This document shows, one piece after another, positions 25,812 to 37,100 of a stretch of 64,000 bases of DNA. Location: contig NC_091995.1 in NCBI RefSeq assembly GCF_044704955.1, positions 53,816,001 to 53,880,000 of the forward strand. Direction: 5' to 3'. Source of the DNA: Pristiophorus japonicus (Eukaryota). Under the pieces are notes generated by a model. The model was not told the DNA's origin and did no database searches. It saw only the letters and a list, made by a program, of their open reading frames with translations. Within the stretch, counting starts at the first letter, position 1; every line of letters starts with the position of its first letter. A program made the translations under genes and the position numbers.

Positions 25812-28800
25812 CTAGAATGTGCCCAGCCTCAGTACCTGTGTCCACTCCTCTATGATGAGTGGGGCAGGCCCTGTGTGAAGGTGGGGGTCGAGACGGTTCA
25901 GGGGAAGTATTTGGTGGACACCGGAGCTTCAAGCACGGTGGTCCACTCAAAGCACCCAACCAACTAGCCCCGGTCTAACAAGGTCCCATTGAGTTTAATG
26001 GGATTCACAGGGAGTGAGCAGGCAGGAGCGATGTCTAAACCCCTGAAAATACAGTCAGGGTCTCTCACCACCACGTAGGAGTGTGTGTTAATGAAATGGG
26101 AACAACCCGGGTGGGGAGTCTTCGGGTACGATTTTATGTTAGCACACAGGATCATTGTAGACATGAGGAATCACTGCCTATGGGGGGGCAGTCGGATCAG
26201 ACAAGGTGGAAGAGGTGGTAGTTATTCCCAGGGACAAGGGGGACAGGGATAGTGTCTGCACCATGAAACCCAAGGGGAGTTACAACCTGGAACAGTTGGT
26301 CAGTAACACCCCAGCCCAGTACCAGGTGGATGTGAGGAATAACCTCGCTGCATTCACCACCCACAAACAGATTGTGGACGGGTGACTGAAGTAGAGGTTT
26401 GGGTGGACGGGGGCCCTGTGTCACGGCCTCAGAAACAGTACAGTTTTCCCCGGGAAGCAGAGGCAGACCTGGAAACAGCGCTGGGATCCCTAGTACAACA
26501 GGGAGTGTTGAGAACGATTGCCACGCATGTGAACTCCCCACTCTGGCCGGTCAATAAACACGAACAGTTGTGGAGGGCCACTGTGGGCTATCGGGTCCTC
26601 AACAGCAACATCCCAGCTTGTGCGCCCAGAGTCGCGGCTGTCGCTGACCTGATCGGAAATATCCCAGCGACCGCGATATTTCCAACGGTTTCTGGTCCAT
26701 CCCACTCTGCTGGGAAGACCAGTATAAGTTTGCATTTACATTTAAAAACAACAGTATACTTGGATGTGTCTTCCCCAGGGTTTTCACAACAGCCCCTCCA
26801 TTTTCCACCAGAACATGGCCAATGCTCTGAAACAATTTAGCCAGCCCCAGCAGCTCATTCAGTATGTGGAAGACATTCTCCTTTTCTCTTCGGATAGAGA
26901 GGAGCACGGGCCACTGCTGGATGAGCTGCTCAAACTATTAAGGGAGGCGGGTTTTAAAGTTAACCCGAAGAAAGCACAGGTTGATCAGAAGGAGGTGAAA
27001 TTCCTCGGGCTGACTGTCAGAGCGGGTGAGAGGGCCATTGATGAAGCCAGGCGTAAGGCAATACAAGAGCTCCCAAAAACATATCGGGGGTCAGGTCTTT
27101 CCTGGGACTCACTGGTTGCTGCAGAGACTTCATTGAAGGGTATACAGCCACGGCAGCCCCTCTACTTCGGCTCCTCCGCAAGGGAGTCGAATGGGAGTGG
27201 GACCTCAATTGCCAAGAGGCATTCACTCGCCTAAAAAGGGATTTGCAGACAGCACCTGCGTTGGGTGTGATTAATCAAGGGGAAGAGTTCTCCCTGGAGG
27301 TAGTGGCCAGCGGGGATAGTTTGAGCATGGTGTTGCTCCAGGAGTGACAAGGCAGACTGAGACCCGTGGTCTACTCCTCCAGGGTTCTCATGGATGTCGA
27401 ACGGGGATATTCCAACTGCGAGAGGCATTTGCTAGCCACGCATTGGGCCTTAAAGCGCTCCCAGCTCTTTACAGGTTCATCCACTCTTACACTCCTCACC
27501 CGTCACACGCCCACGCAGATGCTGCTGGACGGCAGGATTAAGGATGGACAGTGAGCAGTTCTTGCATTGCTCACTGGTCCCTGCTGCTCTCACAGACAAA
27601 TCTGAGAATGCAGGGGTTGACCGAACCCAAGTTAGCAGCTAATATGATCTCCCCAGGGACAGCCCACACATGCACGGTGGAAGGGGTATGGGATGTGGAG
27701 GAGCGACTCAGGGCTGGGATACACCCGATGGGCCGGGACATCTATGTGGATGGGTCCAGCACCGCATCTGATGGGGAGCGTCCCACCGAGTGTGGGATCT
27801 ATGACCCAACAGCTAAAGTTGAGAAGGCCATAAAGCTCCCCAACACCATGAGCGCTCAGCACACCGAACTGGAAGCAGTGGCCTATGTGGTGACCCATCC
27901 CATCGGGTTCCCTACTCCATACATCATTTGCTCAGATTCAATGTTCACATGCAACTCCTGCACAGAATATTTGGCAATCTGGGCAAGGCGAGGTTTTAAG
28001 TCCACCGATGCACAAGGTTTTAGAGGCCACTGGCACTCGAGGGGATTACTAGATCCACAAGGTGAAACCTTACTCCAAAACGGAGCCGAGAGGGGAAAGG
28101 AACCAAAAGGCCGACGAGCTAGCCAAAAGGGGAGCTAGGGAGGGCATTTTATGGGATCCAGGTGGAGCAGGTCCAATAGCAGCGATCCGGGACAGGGGAG
28201 GCATGCAGGGGATAGCTCTGGCCCCAGATCTCAAACAGACACAGGCCCAGGACCCTGTTCTTAAAGCTGTCCTACTAGACAGAGAGAAAGGGGAAAATGT
28301 AGAGGGTGCTGCAGACATTTGCGTCCGGGACGGAATGCTTCAAGGGGGACCGGTGGGTGGTCCCAGCACAGCACCGAGAGGAATTCCTCCAGCTGGCCCA
28401 CAGGGGCCCAGGGGCGGGACACCTGGGGCCAGAAACGACTTGGCAGAGAGTAGAGGAGGCAGGGTGGCGGCCACAGCTGAGGGAGGATGTCCGGGACTTC
28501 TGTGCACATTTTCTGGTGTGCGCAGCAAACAATCCCGACCCCCAGCGCAGGAAGGCTCCCCTGGGACACACCAGGAGGATGGAGGGGCTGTGGTGATCAT
28601 TGCAGATCGATTTCATCGGGCCCCTACCCACCACTAAATCAGGTAATAAATACTGTTTATTTGGTGGACGTTTTTTTAAAGTGGGTTGAAGCCTTCCCTT
28701 GCCGAGCGGCCACAGCCCTGGCCACTGCTCGGATCCTGGTAAAGGAGGCATTCTCCAGGTGGGGGCTGTCCCAGGTCATGGAGTCCAACCAGGGAAGCCA

Positions 28801-29609
28801 CTTTACGGGTCAAGTGATGCAACCATCCTGAAACTCCTGGGGATAGAGGGGAAATGGCATGTGGCTCACAACCCTCAGTCATCAGGGATAGTGGAGCGCA
28901 TGAACCGGACCCTGAAGGAACAGTTGAGGAAGGAGGTGGGCCAGTTCCCAAAAACCCGGACGAGGTTTTGCCTCTGATTCTCATGGGGGTCCGACCCAGC
29001 CCCTCCAGGAGCACAGAGTACTCCCCTGATGAGCTGATGACCGGGAGGACCATGCGCACTCCAACCCATGTGTTGGTGCCGGTCCTCACCGAGACACAGC
29101 TCCGGGAGGTAGACCGGGATAAGTTTGTACAGCAGCTGTACAGTACTTTAAAACAAGTCCACATCCAGGCAGCCAACAGCCTGGGGAGGCAGCACCAACA
29201 CAATCGGCTGTTGCTAGAGTCTCAGTACACACATGAATGGGAGGTGGGGGACCAGGTAATGGTCTGTAATTATACCCGAGTGGGGGTGTTTGAGCCACTG
29301 TACATGGGGCCGTACATCATCGTTGACAAGGCGAGCCCCATGGTCTACGCAGTGAAGCTCCCCATATGCACGAAATGGTTCCACATCAACCAGTGCAAGC
29401 TGGTCAAGCCCGATGATGGAAGGACCAGGGCTAAAAGGCACCAGGGCACCACCATGAGCCTGGTGGAGGTGGGTCTCCCTCCCCTGATATGGGACAACGA
29501 TGACCCGGTAAAAGGGGCGGTAAGGAGGAGCAGTCTGATCCCACGGCCGAGGGTGCCGTGGTCACCTCCCTACTCGCCCACCACGAGCCGCAAGAGGCCC
29601 CGAGTGTAG
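25812..29609 (+). pseudogene. pol: ERV pol: protease, RT, tether (degenerate RNase H), RNase H, integrase with GPY/F
   Basis: LVDTGAS (DTG 25917-25925); NSPLWPVNK, LPQGFHNSPSIF, QYVED (26863-26874); RPVVYSSR..YSNCERHLLA; IYVDGS..SAQHTEL..SDS..NQKADELAK; [37 protein letters not shown]. Confidence 0.92.
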
Positions 29610-30676
29610 AGTCATGGGGCTCTCGAGCCCTGCGACTACCGGACCCACAGTCTATATAGTTTGTTTTACATTTTGTTTCGTTGTCAGTCTGTGTGTGTCC
29701 TGCTGCTTGTGTATAACCTGATGGAACTGTGGAGGAGAAAACTCTCTCACAGAACGGATTTTTGCTTGTGTTTTATGTTATAGGAAAGTAAGGAAGTCCA
29801 AGAACACCAAGGGAATGCCAGGAACGTTCGTTGTGGTCCTGTTCCTGAACTGGTTTGGGATCGGCAGCTTGGAGAGGGGAGACACTGAGGAGTCCGTCCT
29901 GTACGGCTGCACTGGGGGGAAAGGACCCAGCATGGTACGGGGGGGTAGGACTGGGGACACCGACGGTGTGGCAGCCTACTTCCATGAGGGAAGCTGGTCG
30001 GGGTGGCTGGGATCCAATTCCTCGCGGTATTCCAGCAGCAAGGCTTTCACGTATGGCGAAGCTTCCATCCCGTGCCCCGGGCTACAAGTCACGGCCACAC
30101 GGGTTAGGGTGACCGAGGGGAGGCGCGTATACTTGCAGTGTGAGGGACACATACCCCTGGGACGGTGGTGGTGGCTCAGGAAATTGAGCCAAGATAAAGG
30201 CAATCGATCCGTGGACTGGGAACAGCTGGGGAACGATGTGTACCGTCAGATTATGGGGACGAAGGGGAGCGTTGAAGTGTACTGGCACAAATGGTGGAAA
30301 GAAGAGGTCGGAATTTACGTGTGTATGTGGGGGTCTGAATGGGTCTGCCCTGTCGGTCGCGTTTTCACCACGGTGACAAGACTCCAGGACCGAGATCGGT
30401 TGGGGACGGAGTATGAACTCCTGTGTGATCCCAGACTCTCCAGATACCGTAAATTCCATGGAGTTGCTAGCACGCGAGGTAGAGCCCCTTCCCACAACCC
30501 ACCAGTACAGGACAGAGGTTAAATGCCCCACCACCACCCCGAAGCCAAGGAATGGGTTGGTGCTAGGCCCGACCGGCAAGATACTTTACCATGATGTGCA
30601 CTACTCGGTCACCTCGGTTATCTTAACCTGACCCAGGTTCACTGCCACGGTGGTGTCCTGCATAGACCGAAAGGCT

Positions 30677-31213
30677 TAGAAACATAGAAACATAGAAAAT
30701 AGGAGCAGTAGTAGGTCATTCGGCCCTTCGAGTCTGCACCGCCATTCAATATGATCATGGCTGATCCTCTCTCAACACCATATTCCCGCTTTTTCCCCAT
30801 ACCCCTTGATATCTTTTGTTTCTAGAAATCTATCTATCTCCCTCTTAAATATATTCAGTGACTTAGCCTCCACAGCCTTGTGTGGTAGAGAATTCCACAG
30901 GTTCATCACCCTCTGAGTGAAAACATTTCTCCTCATTTTGGTCCTAAATTTCTGAGATTGCGACCCCTTGTTCTAGACATCCCAGCCAGGGGAAACATCC
31001 TCCCCGCATCCAGTCTATCCAACCCAGTCATAATTTTATACGTTTCAATGAGATCCCCTCTCATTCTTCTAAACTCTAGTGAATACAGGCCTAGTCGACC
31101 CAATCTCTCCTCATACGACAGTCCTGCCATCCCAGGAATCAGTCTGGTGAACCTTTGCTGCACTCTCTCTATGGCAAGTATATCCTTTCTTAGGTAAGGA
31201 GAGCAAAACTGCA
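30677..31213 (-). mobile_element. CR1 3' fragment inserted in ERV env
   Basis: (TAGAAACA)n tail; ORF 30933-31214 matches the CR1 RT C-terminus; removing it rejoins ..TER-LYEALLKEMF. Confidence 0.9.
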
Positions 31214-32046
31214 CTACGAGGCTCTGCTTAAAGAAATGTTTAGGAAGTTCTATGAGTTAAGTTACGGTGGCGTGGATCAGAACAGTGTGTATGATCTGAC
31301 CTCAGGTCAGTGCGGGCGGTTGGGAAAGGTACAAACAGGGGCTGTTTAACGACGCAGCCACAGCATTTAGCACTGGCATGTCCATTGTTTACAGTATGGG
31401 CGATGCTCAGTTGCAAATGCAGGTAAATACCTTGAGGGATCGGTTGCACAAGATACTGCGAGAAGGTAACGTGATAGAGGGGTCAGAGTTACGGAAGGAT
31501 CAGGCTATGACCATCCATTTGAAGGAGATCATAGCCGAGCTGGAGGCACACGCTCAAACGATTAACAGTTGGATCCGAGAAGATCGGAATGCCTCAGCTC
31601 AGGTGGCAAGCTGTGTGTTGTACGGTGCTTGGCTGCTGAATGAAGGATGCAGTAATTGGGAGGACCTTCAACAAGGTCGCATTCCTTCATGGATCAGCAA
31701 CTGACACCTCACCGCGCTCAGCCCGTACAAAGGTTCCATGAGCCCTGTGCCAACTCCGACTCGCCTCAGAGGCTTACCCAGTCCCGGTAGATTGTGTCCG
31801 GTCCAACGCTACGGTAATGGGGGTTGTACTTCGGATGCCGGTGATGAGCGGGTCACCACGATTGGCACTGGTATACCGAGTACAGAACATCGGCGTTCTG
31901 AGGGACATCATGGGGTGCCACCGTTTGTTGTAAAGTGGGGATCCACCATGCCCGGCACTGACCTTACTGGGTGCCAGAGCAGGGGAGCACACGTGGTACT
32001 ATGTCCTCAGCATTTGTATTCTTTTGATCAACCGATGTGTGGGTTT

Positions 32047-32419
32047 GTGTGTGTGTGTGTAGAGACGTGATCGGGGCCCAGGGGAGGCGTGAGGTCGGGG
32101 CCAGGCCCAGGGGCAGCACGGGCCAGCCCACACTGCGATATGTGTGCACAGAGGTCCGTGCAGCAGAGCAGGTCTCCAGTCATCTTGGTTAACTCTTGCC
32201 ACTGGACCAAGACCTAGCTCTGTCAAGCCCATGTGGTGGCTGGTGTGCAACAGCCACCACACGTTACAAAAATCCACGCACAGGCATCTTCCACCCCTCA
32301 GGATGTAGTTCGTGACCTGGAATATTAGGTCCTGCATTGAAACACCTGTGAACTCATCCTTTTTTGGCGTGGAAGCAAGTCATCCTTGCTTCGAGGGACC
32401 GCCTATGAAGATGATGATG
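32047..32419 (+). mobile_element. Short non-autonomous RTE-tailed element (SINE-like) inserted in env
   Basis: 3' end GGAAGCAAGTCATCCTTGCTTCGAGGGACCGCCTATG..(ATG)n is shared with the local RTEs; 10-bp TSD GTGTGGGTTT at 32037-32046 and 32420-32429. Confidence 0.85.
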
Positions 32420-33371
32420 GTGTGGGTTTACATCAGAGGGTGCGGAGCCCATTAATTGCACCATGGAGGTGATGGCCCAGAGCCACGTTCCACCCCAGGT
32501 AGCTTACACAGGCGGAGGGACATACTGTATCACGACCAGCGTGACTCAGTACCGAGTGTGTAACCACACTTGGTGTCCAGTTACAGATCAGATCTTCTGT
32601 TTCAAACCCTACACCGAGGTCCAGATAGCCCAAGAACGTATTATCCCCATCGCGGAACCCGGTACTGATCACATCACGGTAAACGACACCATCCGCGATT
32701 TGTAGCGGTATGTAACTCAGTTTGGTAACGAGTTTCCACCTCTGCCCGAACACCTCACAAAACTACTCAAAGAGGTTGAACTATCCCAAAAACACTTTTA
32801 CATCCTGGTACAGCAGAACCGGGAAAGGGAAAGGAGATAAAACTGCTTGTATCTCCACCATGGTGGGACATTGGCGTTGACATCGAGGTCCCTCCATGGA
32901 TTTGGGTCATTTCTCATGTGTTGGTGTTAGCTCAATGTGTGATAACCGTGTACCTGATTCATTTATGCTGCAGAAAGCGTGGAAAGGTACTCAGAAATCA
33001 GCAGTTAGCGTTGATCGACAACCAGCCCGGAATTTGAAACGTCTCTTGCCTGTTCCCGCGGGATGTGTGTAAATACCTATATATTTCGTCTGGAGAATGT
33101 ATTTATGTATTTTCTGTCACTGTTTGTAAGGGCACTCAAACCCTGGCTGCTGACAGTTGATTAAAGTTTTGGCCATGGCGGTGAGTTGCCTGGTTTTAAA
33201 GGAACGTTGGTAATACCCTTTGTAAAGTGTGTTATAAACGTTATATGCTGTAACCGCAGAGGGGGACCCATGGGGAATAGGTAACTTCGGTTTGGGAGGG
33301 CTATCACGAGGCATTCTCCTCGGAAGGATGATATTTTCCCCGTGGAGGACAGTGTTAATATCAAAGGGGAG

Positions 33372-34195
33372 TCGACAAAGTCAACTCTGGACTGTTGTGT
33401 TTATATCCCTGTTGGCTGTACACCCTGAAAAGGACTTTTGAAATACTGTGACACAAGATGGCTGGTCTGGATTAGGAAGAAACCTGTTGCTGGGAGAAAC
33501 ATGTGGGGTGGGTCTCTCCCACAGAAACTGGTGAGAGAAGCTAGGTCTGTTCAAATGTTAATTTGAACACTGGCCTGGCAGCAGCCAATGGGTACTCTTA
33601 GGGAGGGCAAGGGACTCTTGTGTGTGGAACCAGGTTGTCTCGGGAAGATAGCAAGGAGCTAGGACAAGACCAACACCTGCATTATCTCCACAATGGTCCA
33701 GCAATCAGGACTGATGGGTCATTTAAAACCCACTCGGGAAGCCTTCGGACATCGATCGGCTGGCTTTGTTCTGACCCCACCACATCTCAGATAGCGCGGA
33801 ATAAGACCTGAAGGAGCCAGAGAGGTTCCCCGGAGGGAACAGAACCAGCCAAACCCAGCCAGAATTGTGGATTACAGGAGTATAACTGTTGAGCGTTTTG
33901 GAAGCTCTCTCTTCGTTCTATCGCATCCTACATGAAGGCACGTTTGTCCACCTCTCGAGGATAAGGACCGAGAGCCAAGCCTCTGCAACCCGACAGACTT
34001 CAACTTTAACCTGGATCTCGCATACTTCAGCCAAGCACGAGGCCATGGAGTCGAACCACTGAGGAAGGACCAGCGAGCAAGGAAGAGTGGATTGGGTGAG
34101 TACTCAATAGTTGCACGCTCAGCAACCGATCCACGAAAGTGCATGATGGGGTGTCAGTGTGCCCTAACCAAACCAGAGGGGTGTTTAGAGTTAAC
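33372..34195 (+). repeat. Putative 3' LTR of the ERV
   Basis: Follows the purine tract AAAGGGGAG (33363-33371); non-coding; ends ..TTAACA. There is no partner LTR in the window to confirm it. Confidence 0.4.
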
Positions 34196-37100
34196 ATAGA
34201 AACATAGAAACATAGAAAATAGGTGCAGGAGTAGGTCACTCAGCCCTTCTAGCCTGCACCGCCATTCAATGAGTTCATGGCTGAACATGAAACTTCAGTA
34301 CCCCCTTCCTGCTTTCTCGCCATACCCCTTGATCCCCCGAGTAGTAAGGACTTCATCTAACTCCCTTTTGAATATATTTAGTGAATTGGCCTCAACTACT
34401 TTCTGTGGTAGAGAATTCCACAGGTTCACCACTCTCTGGGTGAAGAAGTTTCTCCTCATCTCGGTCCTAAATGGCTTACCCCGTGTCCTCAGACTGTGAC
34501 CCCTGGTTCTGGACTTCCCCAACATTGGGAATATTCTTCCTGCATCTAACCTGTCTAAACCCGTCAGAATTTTAAACGTTTCTATGAGGTCCCCTCTCAT
34601 TCTTCTGAACCCCAGTGAATACAAGCCCAGTTGATCCAGTCTTTCTTGATAGGTCAGTCCCACCATCCCGGGAATCAGTCTGGTGAATCTTCGCTGCACT
34701 CCCTCAATAGCAAGAATGTCCTTCCTCAAGTTAGGAGACCAAAACTGTACACAATCCTCCAGGTGTGGCCTCACCAAGGCCCTGTACAACTGTAGCAACA
34801 CCTCCCTGCCCCTGTACTCAAATCCCCTCGCTATGAAGGCCAACATGCCATTTGCTTTCTTAACCGCCTGCTGTACCTGCATGCCAACCTTCAATGACTG
34901 ATGTACCATGACACCCAGGTCTCGTTGCACCTTCCCTTTTCCTAATCTGTCACCATTCAGATAATAGTCTGTCTCTCTGTTTTTACCACCAAAGTGGATA
35001 ACCTCACATTTATCCACATTATACTTCATCTGCCATGCATTTGCCCACTCACCTAACCTATCCAAGTCACTCTGTAGCCTAATAGCATCCTCCTCACAGC
35101 TCACACTGCCACCCAACTTAGTGTCATTCGCAAATTTGGAGATACTGCATTTAATCCCCTCGTCTAAATCATTAATGTACAATGTAAACAGCTGGGGCCC
35201 CAGCACAGAACCTTGCGGTACCCCACTAGTCACTGCCTGCCATTCTGAAAAGTACCCATTTACTCCTACTCTTTGCTTCCTGTCTGACAACCAGTTCTCA
35301 ATCCACGTCAGCACACTACCCCCAATCCCATGTGCTTTAACTTTGCACATTAATCTCTTGAGTGGGACCTTGTCGAAAGCCTTCTGAAAGTCCAAATATA
35401 CCACATCAACTGGTTCTCCTTTGTCCACTTTACTGGAAACATCCTCAAAAAATTCCAGAAGATTTGTCAAGCATGATTTCCCTTTCACAAATCCATGCTG
35501 ACTTGGACCTATCATGTCACCATTTTCCAAATGCGCTGCTATGACATCCTTAATAATTGATTCCATCATTTTACCCACTACTGAGGTCAGGCTGACCGGT
35601 CTATAATTCCCTGTTTTCTCTCTCCCTCCTTTTTTAAAAAGTGGGGTTACATTGGCTACCCTCCACTCGATAGGAACTGATCCAGAGTCAATGGAATACT
35701 CCAGGTGTGGCCTCACCAAGGCCCTGTACAACTGTAGTAACACCTCCCTGCCCCTGTACTCAAATCCCCTCGCTATGAAGGCCAACATGTCATTTGCTTT
35801 CTTAACCACCTGCTGTACCTGCATGCCAATCTTCAATGACTGATGTACCATGACACCCAGGTCTTGTTGCACCTCCCCTTTTCCTAATCTATCACCATTC
35901 AGATAATAGTCTGTCTCTCTGTTTTTACCACCAAAGTGGATAACCTCACATTTATTCACATTATACTTCATCTACCATGCATTTGCCCACTCACCTAATC
36001 TATCTAAGTCACTCTGCAGCCTCATAGCATCCTCCTCGCAGCTCACACTGCCACCCAACTTAGTGTCATCCACAAATTTGGATTATTATCTTTGAGGTCC
36101 TACTTTTTAATTTAACTCCTAGCTCACTAAATTCAGCTTGTAGGACCTCATCCCATTTTTTACCTATATCGGTACCTATATGCACCACGACAACTGGCTG
36201 TTCACCCTCGTCTAAATCATTAATGTACAATGTAAACAGCTGGGGCTCCAGCACAGAACCTTGCGGTACTCCACTAGTCACTGCCTGCCATTCTGAAAAG
36301 TACCCATTTAATCCTACTCTTTTCTTCTTGTCTGCCAACCAGTTCTCAATCCACGTCAGCACACTACCCCCAATCCCATGTGCTTTAACTTTGCACATTA
36401 ATCTCTTGTGTGGGACCTTGTCGAAAGACTTCTGAAAGTCCAAATACACCACATCAACTGGTTCTTCCTTGTCCACTCTACTGGAAAGATCCTCAAAAAA
36501 TTCCAGAAGATTTGTCAAGCATGATTTCCCTTTCACAAATCCATGCTGACTTGGACCTATCATGTCACCTCTTTCCAAATGCGCTGCGATGACATCCTTA
36601 ATAATTGATTCCATCATTTTACCCACTACTGAGGTCAGGCTGACCGGTCTATAATTCCCTGTTTTCTCTCTCCCTCCTTTTTTAAAAAGTGGGGTTACAT
36701 TGGCTACCCGCCACTCCATAGGAACTGATCCAGAGTCTATGGAATGTTGGAAAATGCTACTATAGCTCTCCCACTCTTTTTCCTGCCCTCCTGTGCAGCA
36801 TAACCACCCATGGTGCCATGAACTTGGCTGCTGCTGCCTTCCCCTGATGAGCCATCTCCCCCAACAGTATCCAAAGTAGTATATCTGTTTTGAGGGAGAT
36901 GACCGCAGGGGACCCTTGCACTACCTTCCTACTCCTGCCCTGCCTGATGGTCACCCATTCCCTATCTGACTGTGTAACCTTTACCTGCGGTGTGACCAAC
37001 TCACTAAACGTGCTATTCACGACATCCTCAGCATCGCGGATGCTCCAGAGTCAATCCATGCGCAGCTCCAGCTCCGCAATGCGGTCTGACAGGAGCTGCA

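Larger units (their letters stand above)
29815..33037 (+). pseudogene. env: ERV env: signal peptide, Ig-like domain and paramyxo/pneumovirus-F-like fusion protein, frameshifted and interrupted
   Basis: Hydrophobic N-terminus; RYKQ|GLFNDAATAFSTGMSIV (degenerate furin site + fusion peptide, 31327-31390); heptad repeat; Cys-rich region; TM WIWVISHVLVLAQCVITVYLIHLCC followed by RKRGK; stop at 33035-33037. Confidence 0.8.
23006..34195 (+). mobile_element. Degenerate endogenous retrovirus, lokiretrovirus/spuma-related-like (gag-pol-env); 5' LTR not seen; four younger insertions
   Basis: Ordered gag (CCHC remnant), PR, RT, tether, RNase H, IN and an env with signal peptide, fusion peptide and TM. 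Confidence 0.85.

Noticed and set aside
23006-34195. Calling the ERV a true foamy virus or an intact provirus
   Set aside because: The CCHC remnant, in-frame gag-pol and F-like env are not foamy traits; many stops, frameshifts and insertions show it is inactive
34295-35971. 558-aa ORF as an active or domesticated RT
   Set aside because: Chimeric duplicated CR1 segments, no endonuclease, and the catalytic FADD reads FAND
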